The notes under the pieces: model-generated
Told to the model about the DNA's origin: nothing
The model's input: the letters and a program-made list of their open reading frames with translations, nothing else
Databases searched by the model: none
Source of the DNA: Clostridiales bacterium
Lineage (GTDB): Bacteria > Bacillota > Clostridia > Christensenellales > CAG-138
Direction of reading: 5' to 3'
Assembly: GCA_024698505.1 (NCBI GenBank)
Contig: JAILRE010000003.1
Span: forward strand, 6,214-70,213
Length of the DNA: 64,000 nucleotides
Shown: positions 16,495-25,154 of the stretch, one piece after another
Position numbering within the stretch: position 1 is the first letter of the stretch
Layout: every line of letters starts with the position of its first letter
Made by a program: the position numbers and the translations under genes

Positions 16495-18808
16495 TGTCAT
16501 CCTCCGCAAGCTTCATCACGACGTACGCGGCGGCAAGCCTCTTCACGCCGACTTTTTCGAAATCCACGGTTATTGTCGCCGTATTTCCGCTGCCCGATAC
16601 CTCGGTTATCACGCCGCGGCCGAATTTATCATGAATGACGCGCTGATACTTCTTGTATACCGAGGCGTCATGCTTTTTAACAGGCTCAGCAGTATAAGCA
16701 TCGGTTGACGGTTCTTTTTTTCCAAAAACGAACGATAGAGTGTTAGACTTCGAAGGTTGGTTGATAACCGAAGTTGTTTGGTCCGCTTTTTTCGGGTGCT
16801 GTATTGATGAAGACTTTCTTTCACTATATGTACCACGATTACTGGAAAAAAAACCACTCGAGTTTCTGTAAGTGTTTTGCAGGTGGTTGTAATCATTATT
16901 GTGAACAAGCTCCATCTCGCTCAAAAAACGCGACGGAATTATGTTTTTTGTAGTTTGACCATAAAGCATCCTTGATTTGCACGAAAGCAGGTAAAGCTCA
17001 TTTTCTGCGCGCGTAACACCTACATAACAGAGCCTCCGCTCTTCCTCTATGCGTGAATCACCTTCATCGGAACGAGTAGAGGGGAAAAGGTTTTCTTCCA
17101 TTCCTGCAATAAATACAACAGGGAATTCGAGCCCTTTAGCACAGTGAATAGTCATAAGCTTTACGGTACCGTGTTCATAGTCGTCATCAATAGAAGACAG
17201 TAACGCTGCATTCTCAAGGTAAGATATAAGTGGATCACCGTCTGTTCCAGCGTTATCTCTTTCGTGCTCTTGCGCACCATTAATAAGCTCGCTAATATTC
17301 TCAAGTCGAGCTTCGAGAAGCCCATCTTGAAGATCTTCAAGATACTCCGTATATCCGATTCGATCAATTATAAACTGTACGAATTCGCCAAGAGTCTTTT
17401 CTTTTTGCACTGCAATAATATCAGCCATGACTTTTGTGAACGGCTCAATTTTTTTATGCAGCGTTTCAGGAAGTAATCCTACCGTCGTAGCGGCATAGAA
17501 AAGAGGAACATCGGAACTCTTTGCATAATATGATAATTCAGAAATTGACTTATCACCAATTCCACGCTTTGGAACATTTACAATGCGTTTAAAAGCGACG
17601 TCGTTACTGGGGTTAGTAACAAGCTGCATATAAGAAAGAATGTCTTTGACTTCCTTTCTATCATAAAACCGCATCCCACCGATTATTGAGATGGGTATGT
17701 TGAAGCTTTGTTGAAGAGTGGACTCAATGCTTCGGCTCTGTGCATTAGTCCTATACAGAACGGCAAAGTCATTGTAGCTCATACCTCGCCTTTTTTTCTG
17801 CGCGATAATCGAACCAATTGAATAAGCTTCGTCCCGAGGATCTTCACATTCTCTTAATTCGACAGGCTTGCCGCCTTTGCGTTCTGACCAAAGGGCCTTC
17901 TCTGCGAATCTCGTATTGTGCCTGATTAATAAATTAGCTTTGTCTAAGATTTGCTGAGTTGAACGATAGTTTTGCTCAAGCTGAATAACTTTAGCTTCTG
18001 GATAATCTTTTGTGAAGTTACTGATATTACTGATATTTGCACCTCTCCAACCATAGATGGATTGATCGTCGTCGCCAACAACACAGATATTCCTGCTCTC
18101 TTGTGTTAGGAGGCGAATAATTTCATATTGAGTATGGTTGGTGTCTTGGTACTCATCAACGAGCATATACGAAAAACGAGCACGGTATTTTGCAAGTATT
18201 TCCGGACAGCTTTCGAAGAGCTCAACAGTTTTTAGCAATAAATCGTCAAAATCAAGCGCATTCGAAGCAGTTAATCTATATTGATACTCTCGGTATATTT
18301 CACAAATACTCCCGGTTTTGTCTTTGGTCATACGAAGAAAAGCTTCAGGGTTCGCGCCAGAGTTCTTTGCCTTTGATATTAAGGACCGAACATATTGCTT
18401 AGATGCGCGCTTCTCGTCTAGCCCCAGCTTTTTTATTATGTCTCCGATGACGGTGTTCTGATCGCCGTCGTCATAGATGGTGAACCGGCTCGTGAATCCG
18501 CCGAGCTCGGCAATATCGTAGCGCAGGACCCTCGCGCAGAAGGAATGGAACGTCGTCACCCACATATCCTTGGCGGAGACGCCGGTGAGCTTTTCGGTGC
18601 GCTCGCACATTTCGGCGGCGGCCTTGTTGGTGAAAGTGAGCGCCAAAATACGCCAAGGCTGTACGCCGTGGTTTTCGATGAGGTTCGCTATTCGGTAGGT
18701 GAGCACGCGCGTCTTGCCGCTGCCCGCCCCCGCCAGCACGAGGAGAGGCCCTTCGACCGTTTGGACGGCCTCCCTCTGCGGCGGATTGAGTGTTGAAAGA
18801 TCGAGCAT
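16487..18808 (-). CDS. pcrA: ATP-dependent DNA helicase PcrA (UvrD family), compositionally mosaic
   Basis: 773 aa with all SF1 motifs: AGAGSGKT, TFTNKAA, LVDEYQDTN, VGDDDQSIYGWRGA, QNYRS, TIHCAKGLEF, VGVTRA. C-terminal Tudor-like RVIHDKFGRGVI. The ATG directly abuts the stop of the upstream gene. Confidence 0.95.
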   Translation of the reverse strand: MLDLSTLNPPQREAVQTVEGPLLVLAGAGSGKTRVLTYRIANLIENHGVQPWRILALTFTNKAAAEMCERTEKLTGVSAKDMWVTTFHSFCARVLRYDIAELGGFTSRFTIYDDGDQNTVIGDIIKKLGLDEKRASKQYVRSLISKAKNSGANPEAFLRMTKDKTGSICEIYREYQYRLTASNALDFDDLLLKTVELFESCPEILAKYRARFSYMLVDEYQDTNHTQYEIIRLLTQESRNICVVGDDDQSIYGWRGANISNISNFTKDYPEAKVIQLEQNYRSTQQILDKANLLIRHNTRFAEKALWSERKGGKPVELRECEDPRDEAYSIGSIIAQKKRRGMSYNDFAVLYRTNAQSRSIESTLQQSFNIPISIIGGMRFYDRKEVKDILSYMQLVTNPSNDVAFKRIVNVPKRGIGDKSISELSYYAKSSDVPLFYAATTVGLLPETLHKKIEPFTKVMADIIAVQKEKTLGEFVQFIIDRIGYTEYLEDLQDGLLEARLENISELINGAQEHERDNAGTDGDPLISYLENAALLSSIDDDYEHGTVKLMTIHCAKGLEFPVVFIAGMEENLFPSTRSDEGDSRIEEERRLCYVGVTRAENELYLLSCKSRMLYGQTTKNIIPSRFLSEMELVHNNDYNHLQNTYRNSSGFFSSNRGTYSERKSSSIQHPKKADQTTSVINQPSKSNTLSFVFGKKEPSTDAYTAEPVKKHDASVYKKYQRVIHDKFGRGVITEVSGSGNTATITVDFEKVGVKRLAAAYVVMKLAEDDNE

Positions 18809-19978
18809 TTACAGTTCCTTTACGGCTTTTTCGAGCCTGAGGAGCGCGTCGTTCAGCAGGCTCTGCGGCAGAGCGAGGTTCCACCTGCGGAAGCCGTCGC
18901 CCGCTTCGCCGAACATCTCGCCGTCGTTATCTGCGATACGGGCCTTTTCGATCATGAACTCGTTCAGCTTCTCGTGCCCGAGACCGAGCGAACGCATGTC
19001 TATCCACGCAAGATAAGTGCCCTCCGCGCGGGTAACGCGGAACATGGGCAGGCGCTCCTCGAAGAAGCGGTACAGAAGCCCGAAATTGGAATCGACGACG
19101 GATATAAGCTCGTCTAGCCAGTTCGCGCCCTCGTTATAGGCGGCGATGGTCGCGGCCCTCGCTATGTAGGGCACGCAGCCGCAGCCGTCCACGTGGGCCC
19201 TGTTCCTGAACTTCTCGTGCAGCTCCGGGTTCGGTATGAATATGTTGGAGCAGGAGAGCCCGGCAAGATTGAACGTCTTGGAAATGGCGGTGCAGACGAT
19301 GCAGTTTTCGCTTGCGCCGGGGACGGATGCGAATACGGTATGCTTGAAGCCGGGGAGTATGAGATCGTTGTGGATCTCGTCCGAGACGACGAGCACGCCG
19401 TTTTTAAGGCAGATATCGGATATCCTTTGAAGCTCGTCGCGGCTCCAGACGCGGCCTATCGGATTATGTGGGCTGCAGAGGAGCATGAGCTTGACCTCGG
19501 GCAGGGCGGCCTTGCTTTCAAGATCGTCGAAGTCGATCTCGTAACGGCCGTTGTTATTTATAAGCGCGGACTTTACGAGCGTCCTTCCGTTGTCGTTGAC
19601 AGCGCCGTAGAAGGGATGATAGACGGGCGTCATTATGAGGACGCCGTCGCCGGGCTTCGTGAAGGCGCGCACGGCAATGCCGAGAGCCTGCACGACGCCG
19701 TTCGTAACGACGTACCAATCGTTCTCGATTTCCCAATCGTGGCGGGTCTTCTGCCAATGCTTCACGGCGTCCATGTAGGCCTTATCCGGGCCGGTATAGC
19801 CGTAGCAGCCGTGGAACGCGGCCTTGGCGACCGCTTCGTTCACCTCGGGAGGGGCGGCAAATTCCATGTCGGCTACCGTCATTGGGACAATGCCCGAGTC
19901 CCTGAGGGGCTCGGGCATGAAGTCATACTTAAATGCGCCGGTGTTTTTCCGGTCTATTATGGTGGTGAAATCGTACAT
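18809..19978 (-). CDS. MalY/PatB-type PLP-dependent aminotransferase / C-S lyase
   Basis: 389 aa. The N-terminus MYDFTTIIDRKNTGAFKYD is typical of the PatB/MalY family. Candidate PLP-Lys region AISKTFNLAG. Confidence 0.8.
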   Translation of the reverse strand: MYDFTTIIDRKNTGAFKYDFMPEPLRDSGIVPMTVADMEFAAPPEVNEAVAKAAFHGCYGYTGPDKAYMDAVKHWQKTRHDWEIENDWYVVTNGVVQALGIAVRAFTKPGDGVLIMTPVYHPFYGAVNDNGRTLVKSALINNNGRYEIDFDDLESKAALPEVKLMLLCSPHNPIGRVWSRDELQRISDICLKNGVLVVSDEIHNDLILPGFKHTVFASVPGASENCIVCTAISKTFNLAGLSCSNIFIPNPELHEKFRNRAHVDGCGCVPYIARAATIAAYNEGANWLDELISVVDSNFGLLYRFFEERLPMFRVTRAEGTYLAWIDMRSLGLGHEKLNEFMIEKARIADNDGEMFGEAGDGFRRWNLALPQSLLNDALLRLEKAVKEL

Positions 19979-19979
19979 C

Positions 19980-20549
19980 TCAGTAATTGAAGCCCCTGTC
20001 GAAGGCCATGAGGTTGACCTCGAGGAATCTGGGCTTTACGCACTGTTCGATGGCCTTCTTCCACTCGTCGGCGGGGAAGGGCATCGTCTTGGCAAGGACG
20101 CCGAGGAGGACTACGTTGGAAGCCTTGTAGGTGCCGCACTCATGCGCGATCTCCACCGCGTTGATCTCGACGGTCTTGCAGGCCTTCCTCGTGCGCTCGA
20201 GGCAGTCCGCCGGATACTTGGCGAGACCGTTGATGACGGGCATGGGAAGTATCTCCTGAGTGTTGATTATCATGGTGCCGCCTTCCTTCACGTAGGGGAT
20301 GGCGCGCACGGCCTCGAGGTTCTCGAACGCGAGAACGACGTCGGCCTGGCCCTGCTCGACTATGGAGGAGTAGAGGGGCTTGTCGTTGGAGATGCGGACG
20401 TAGGTGACTACGCTGCCGCCGCGCTGGCTCATGCCGTGGACTTCGCTGACTCTGACGTCGTAACCGTTGTTCATGGCGAGCTGGCCTAAGATCTTGCTGG
20501 CAAGGAGCGTACCCTGTCCGCCCACGCCGACTATAACGATGTTGAACAT
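19980..20549 (-). CDS. iorB: Indolepyruvate:ferredoxin oxidoreductase subunit beta
   Basis: 189 aa. N-terminus IVIVGVGGQGTLLASKILG (2-oxoacid:ferredoxin oxidoreductase gamma-like domain). Follows iorA. Confidence 0.85.
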   Translation of the reverse strand: MFNIVIVGVGGQGTLLASKILGQLAMNNGYDVRVSEVHGMSQRGGSVVTYVRISNDKPLYSSIVEQGQADVVLAFENLEAVRAIPYVKEGGTMIINTQEILPMPVINGLAKYPADCLERTRKACKTVEINAVEIAHECGTYKASNVVLLGVLAKTMPFPADEWKKAIEQCVKPRFLEVNLMAFDRGFNY

Positions 20550-20564
20550 AAATACCTCCTTATC

Positions 20565-22292
20565 TTACTCCGCGGAATGGAGCGCGCCGAAGTGGCAGAG
20601 CTGACCGCACATGCCGCAGCCTACGCACTGGGTGGGATCGATCCTGACGCCGGTCTCCGTCTTGATGATGGCGGGGCAGCCGACCTTGAGGCACATGCCG
20701 CAGCCTACGCACTTATCGGGATCGTTCACGAAGGGCTTGTTGTTCTGCTTGATTATGAGAGCGCAGGGACGGCGGCTGATCACTACGGAGAGGCCGTCTC
20801 TGGCGACTTCCTCGCGGAGGACCTTCTCGGTCTCCTTGAGGTCGAACGGATCGACTATGCGGACGGAAGCGACGCCCATCGCCTCGCAGAGCTTGACGAT
20901 GTCGAGCGCGGTGGTGGGATCGCCGTGGATGTCCTTGCCGTTGGCCGGGTTGTTCTGGTGGCCGGTCATGCCGGTGATGGAGTTGTCGGCGATTATGACG
21001 GTGCCGACGGAGCGGTTATAGGCCATGTTGAGCAGGCCGGTCATGCCGCTGTGGCAGAAGGTGGAGTCGCCCAGAACGGCAACTGTGCGCTTCGCCTGAT
21101 CGACGCCGCGGGCCTTCTCCATGCCGTGAGCCATGCCGATGGAAGCGCCCATGCAGACGCAGGTATCGACGCCGGAGAGGGGAGGCAGCGCGCCGAGGGT
21201 GTAGCAGCCGATGTCGGAGCAGACCGTGAGCTTGAGCTTGCCGAGCACGTAGTAGAGACCGCGGTGCGGGCAGCCGGGGCAGAGCACGGGAGGACGGCCG
21301 GGGATGTCGGTGGTGTTCATGGGGCCGACGGGCTCCGCGCCGTTGAACTTCTCGTCGATCTTGTGCATGAAGAGCTCGCCCTGAACGCCGGTCTTGTCCT
21401 TACCGGAGCAGGCGATGCCCCAGCTCTTGATGGCGTCCTCATAGAAGGGCTCCATATCCTCGATGACGTAAAGCGTCTCAACGCCGGCGGCAAACTCTTC
21501 GATGAGCTTCCTGGGAAGGGGATAGGCAAGGCCGAGCTTCAGAACGGAAGCTTCGGGCATGGCCTCTTTAACGTAGTTGTAAGCCGCGCCGGAGGTGATG
21601 ACGCCGATCTTGCGGTCGGCCCACTCGATGCGGTTGATGGGGAGGGTGGAGGCGTCCTCGGCAAGACGGATCTCGCGCGCTTCGACGACCTTGTGACGGC
21701 CGATCATGTTGGCGGGCATGGAGACGTACTTGCGGATATCCTTCTTATACTCGCGAAGCTCGGGGAGCACCCTTTCGCCGATCTCGACCAGCGTGCGCGC
21801 ATGGGCGATACGGGTGGTCAGACGGAGAATGACGGGGGTGTCGTACTCCTCGCTGAGCTCGAAGGCAAGCTTCATAAAGTCCTTGCACTCCTGGCTGTTG
21901 GAAGGATCGAGGCAGGGAGCGTGGGAAGCACGGGCGAGAAGCCTCGTGTCCTGCTCGTTCTGAGAGGAATGCATACCGGGATCGTCCGCAACGACGACTA
22001 CCATACCGGCGTTGATGCCGGTGTAGGTGGCGGTGAAGAAGGGATCCGCCGCGACGTTGAGACCGACGTGCTTCATGCAGGCCATACTGCGCGCGCCGCT
22101 TACGGCTGCGCCGAGAGCGACTTCTACGGCGACCTTCTCATTGGGAGCCCACTCGGAGTAGATCTCCTTGTAGTTCGCAATGTTCTCGTTGATCTCCGTA
22201 CTGGGGGTTCCGGGGTAAGCGCTGGAAACACGGACGCCCGCTTCGTATGCGCCTCTGGCAATTGCTTCATTGCCGAGCATAAGCTGTTTCAA
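20565..22292 (-). CDS. iorA: Indolepyruvate:ferredoxin oxidoreductase subunit alpha
   Basis: 575 aa with a TTG start 9 nt after AGGAGG. N-terminus MKQLMLGNEAIARGAYEAG. TPP-binding region. Two C-terminal 4Fe-4S motifs, CVGCGMCLKVGCP and CVGCGMCGQLC. Confidence 0.9.
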   Translation of the reverse strand: MKQLMLGNEAIARGAYEAGVRVSSAYPGTPSTEINENIANYKEIYSEWAPNEKVAVEVALGAAVSGARSMACMKHVGLNVAADPFFTATYTGINAGMVVVVADDPGMHSSQNEQDTRLLARASHAPCLDPSNSQECKDFMKLAFELSEEYDTPVILRLTTRIAHARTLVEIGERVLPELREYKKDIRKYVSMPANMIGRHKVVEAREIRLAEDASTLPINRIEWADRKIGVITSGAAYNYVKEAMPEASVLKLGLAYPLPRKLIEEFAAGVETLYVIEDMEPFYEDAIKSWGIACSGKDKTGVQGELFMHKIDEKFNGAEPVGPMNTTDIPGRPPVLCPGCPHRGLYYVLGKLKLTVCSDIGCYTLGALPPLSGVDTCVCMGASIGMAHGMEKARGVDQAKRTVAVLGDSTFCHSGMTGLLNMAYNRSVGTVIIADNSITGMTGHQNNPANGKDIHGDPTTALDIVKLCEAMGVASVRIVDPFDLKETEKVLREEVARDGLSVVISRRPCALIIKQNNKPFVNDPDKCVGCGMCLKVGCPAIIKTETGVRIDPTQCVGCGMCGQLCHFGALHSAE

Positions 22293-22461
22293 AACCTTGT
22301 ACCTCCTTGATGTATGTTACAGTCTTGCAACTGCTTTGTGTCTCTTTAATTATAATGTAAAAACGAGCGTAAATACAGTATATTCACTAATATATTTATA
22401 AAATTCCGCAAATACTTTTGAGAAAAGAGGGACGATATGCCCGAAAAGGAGGAAAAAGCCT

Positions 22462-24057
22462 TTGCCGCAAAAGAGAAATAACAGGTCCTTGTTCGCTTTC
22501 GACGAGGGGGATGAAAGATTCGAGCTCCTCGAGACGGAGCGCGGGGCTCCCGAAAAGCAGACGGGATGGAACGATTCGCATAAAAAAAGCAGAAAAGCCG
22601 GCGCGATACCACGGAGCGTGAACGCCGCGGAAAAGCTCCTGAGGGAGACGTTCTCGCCCGAAATAAACCCCGACCTCATCATAAGAAGATTCCGCACGGG
22701 CGGAGGAACGGAAGCGCTAATCGCCTATATGAACGGCATGGCGGACGACGCCAAGATAAACGAGTTCATACTGAAGCCTCTCATGCTCTGCAATGATAAG
22801 AAGCCGGACGCAGAATCGCTCCTTATGGGCGTGATAGAGATATCCGAAACCAAGCGCGAGACCTCCATGGAGAAGGCCGCGCTCGACGTAATGGACGGCG
22901 TTACGGCGCTCTTCATCGAAGGCGAAAAGGAATGCATACTGCTTGAAACGAGGGGCTTTGAAAAGCGGAGCATCGGCCCGGCCGAGAACGAGACCACGGT
23001 CATCGGCCCGAAGGAGAGCTTTACCGAGAGCTTCCGCACCAACGTAACTCTGATAAGAAGGGGGGTTCACACGAAGGATCTTATCGTGGAGCCCCGCCCC
23101 TCGGGGGGAAGGAACAACACGAGGCTCGCCCTCGTTTACAGAAAGGGCTTCACGAATCCGGAGCTTTTGGATGAAGTGAAGCGCAGGCTCGACGGGATCG
23201 CCGTCTCGGATATGCCGGGAAGCGGCGTGCTCGAACAGCTGATAGAGGACTGCGGATGGTCTCCTGTACCGCAGATACTCCAGACGGAGCGCCCCGACAG
23301 GGCGTGCTCGCACCTCATGCAGGGGAGGGTGTGCATAGTCGTGGAGGGGAGCCCCTTCGTGCTCCTAATGCCCGTCACGCTGTTTTCGCTCATGAACAGC
23401 CCGGAGGACGTTTATCTCAGAAAGCCGCTCGGCACGGCGATAAGGCTGATAAGATACGCCGGCGCGCTCATCTCCGTGATGCTCCCCGGGTATTTCCTGG
23501 CGTTGGCGCTGTATCATCAGGGCGTCATGTCAACGGAGGTGCTGAGCACCGTGATAGCATCGAGAAAAATGGTATTCGAGCCCATGGGCGCGGAGATGAT
23601 AATACTGCTCATGATATTCCAGCTCATAAGGGAGGCGGGGCTGAGAGTCCCCGGGAGCATAGGCCAGGCGATAGGCATTATAGGCGGCCTCATAATGGGG
23701 CAGGCGGCGGTCGCGGCGCATCTTGCAAGCTCCGTGGTGCTGATAGTCGTCGCGGCCTCGGGCCTGGGAAATTTCTGCATCCCCGATTACAGCCTGCAGA
23801 TATCGGCGGCGTACATGCGGCTCGCCGTCGTGATATCCGCATGGATGGGAGGCCTTCTCGGCATGGTGGCGGTCACGCTGACAGCTCTCTGCCATCTCGC
23901 TTCGCTTAAGAGCTTCGGAGTGCCGTTCCTCGCTCCGTTCGCCCCTAAGACCTACCGCAAGCGGACGCTCGTTCTGAGGGGGAATATAGGGATGCATGAA
24001 AGAGCGGACGATTACGCCAACACCGCGGACGACGCCGAGATATGGGAGGAAGCATGA
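22462..24057 (+). CDS. Spore germination protein, GerA-family A subunit
   Basis: 531 aa with a TTG start 9 nt after AGGAGG (start uncertain). GerAA-like core and C-terminal TM bundle. Followed by B and C subunit genes. Confidence 0.85.
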   Translation: MPQKRNNRSLFAFDEGDERFELLETERGAPEKQTGWNDSHKKSRKAGAIPRSVNAAEKLLRETFSPEINPDLIIRRFRTGGGTEALIAYMNGMADDAKINEFILKPLMLCNDKKPDAESLLMGVIEISETKRETSMEKAALDVMDGVTALFIEGEKECILLETRGFEKRSIGPAENETTVIGPKESFTESFRTNVTLIRRGVHTKDLIVEPRPSGGRNNTRLALVYRKGFTNPELLDEVKRRLDGIAVSDMPGSGVLEQLIEDCGWSPVPQILQTERPDRACSHLMQGRVCIVVEGSPFVLLMPVTLFSLMNSPEDVYLRKPLGTAIRLIRYAGALISVMLPGYFLALALYHQGVMSTEVLSTVIASRKMVFEPMGAEMIILLMIFQLIREAGLRVPGSIGQAIGIIGGLIMGQAAVAAHLASSVVLIVVAASGLGNFCIPDYSLQISAAYMRLAVVISAWMGGLLGMVAVTLTALCHLASLKSFGVPFLAPFAPKTYRKRTLVLRGNIGMHERADDYANTADDAEIWEEA

Positions 24058-25154
24058 ATCTGAAACAGGGGCGGATAGGCGTTTTTGAGGGAGTTTGCCT
24101 CGCCGCGGCGGCGCTCTGCGTCAACGGAGTATTCGGTCTCGATCCCGAATATGCCTATTCCAAGGGCAATTCGACCTATCTTTCGCTGCCCTTAGCTTTA
24201 ATGCTCGCGCTCGAAATCATGCTTCTTCTCATAAAGGCGGCGGAGCGAACGGGCAGCCGCGACCTTGCGGAGCTTATGACCGATTGCTTCGGCGGCGTCT
24301 TGGGCGTGATATTGACGATACCCGTTCTTGCGGGATTCGTTTTCTGCGCCGCAAGGCCCATGACTGCCTTCCTCGAGGTGCTGCACAGGCTGATCTACGA
24401 CGGAGTGGGCTACACCTCGATACTCGCCTACGTAATCCCCGTAACGGTGTTTATTGCGTGGAAGGGCTTCGAGAGCATGGGCAGGCTCGCCGCCGTATTC
24501 GCAGGCATAATGCTCGCGGCGTTTGTTTTTGCGGCGGTCTCCGCGGCGCCCGATTTTGAGGTCTACAGGCTTTACCCGCTGATAGGCGAAGGCCCGGGCA
24601 GGTTCGCCGCGTTCACGCTTTCGGAACTCGTATTCTTCATTCCGCCGCTCCTCGGCCTTCTCGTAAACGCGAAGGGGCTTTCGGGCCTCGCATTCGTTAA
24701 GAAGATCTCGTTCAGGGCGGCGATCTTCGCGGCGGTCATATGCGGCGTCACGCAGCTCTGCGTAGCGCTGATCTATCCGTACGGGATACTCTCGGGGCTT
24801 TTAATGCCGCTTTACAGGCTTAACTTTTTGAATCTCGCGCACAGCTACGCGCTGAGACTCGACAAGATATTCATTATGATCTGGCTGAACGGCTGCATCA
24901 TAACGGCGGCGTACTGCATCTATTCCGCGGCGCTGCTCTATTCCAAGCTGTTCCGCCAAAGGGACGTCACCCCGGCAGCCGCGGCGTTTTCGCTTATCGT
25001 ATGCGGGACGGTGCTTGCAAAAGCGGGGAAGAGCTTCGGCTTCGTCTATACCGCGGACCGTTTTCTGACAAGGTACGGAGCCGCGGCAGCCGCATTCCCT
25101 GCGGTCTCGGCGGCGCTTGTCGGGCTGATAAAGAAAAGAAAGGTGAAAGCATGA
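24054..25154 (+). CDS. Spore germination protein, GerA-family B subunit (APC-type permease fold)
   Basis: About 10 TM segments. ATG 24054 overlaps the A-subunit stop (ATGA) and follows GGGAGGA. Confidence 0.85.
   Translation: MNLKQGRIGVFEGVCLAAAALCVNGVFGLDPEYAYSKGNSTYLSLPLALMLALEIMLLLIKAAERTGSRDLAELMTDCFGGVLGVILTIPVLAGFVFCAARPMTAFLEVLHRLIYDGVGYTSILAYVIPVTVFIAWKGFESMGRLAAVFAGIMLAAFVFAAVSAAPDFEVYRLYPLIGEGPGRFAAFTLSELVFFIPPLLGLLVNAKGLSGLAFVKKISFRAAIFAAVICGVTQLCVALIYPYGILSGLLMPLYRLNFLNLAHSYALRLDKIFIMIWLNGCIITAAYCIYSAALLYSKLFRQRDVTPAAAAFSLIVCGTVLAKAGKSFGFVYTADRFLTRYGAAAAAFPAVSAALVGLIKKRKVKA

Noticed and set aside
16487-18808. An intein, group II intron or inserted mobile gene as the cause of the A+T-rich block in pcrA
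   Set aside because: The protein has normal PcrA length and is colinear with the SF1 motif order. No extra domain, splice-junction residues or nested ORF is visible. The anomaly is in composition, not in insertion.
22437-22481. 14-codon upstream ORF (MPEKEEKAFAAKEK) overlapping the gerA-type start as a regulatory leader peptide
   Set aside because: It has no SD of its own and no associated attenuator structure. It is probably fortuitous. It does show that the GerA A-subunit start (TTG 22462) is uncertain.
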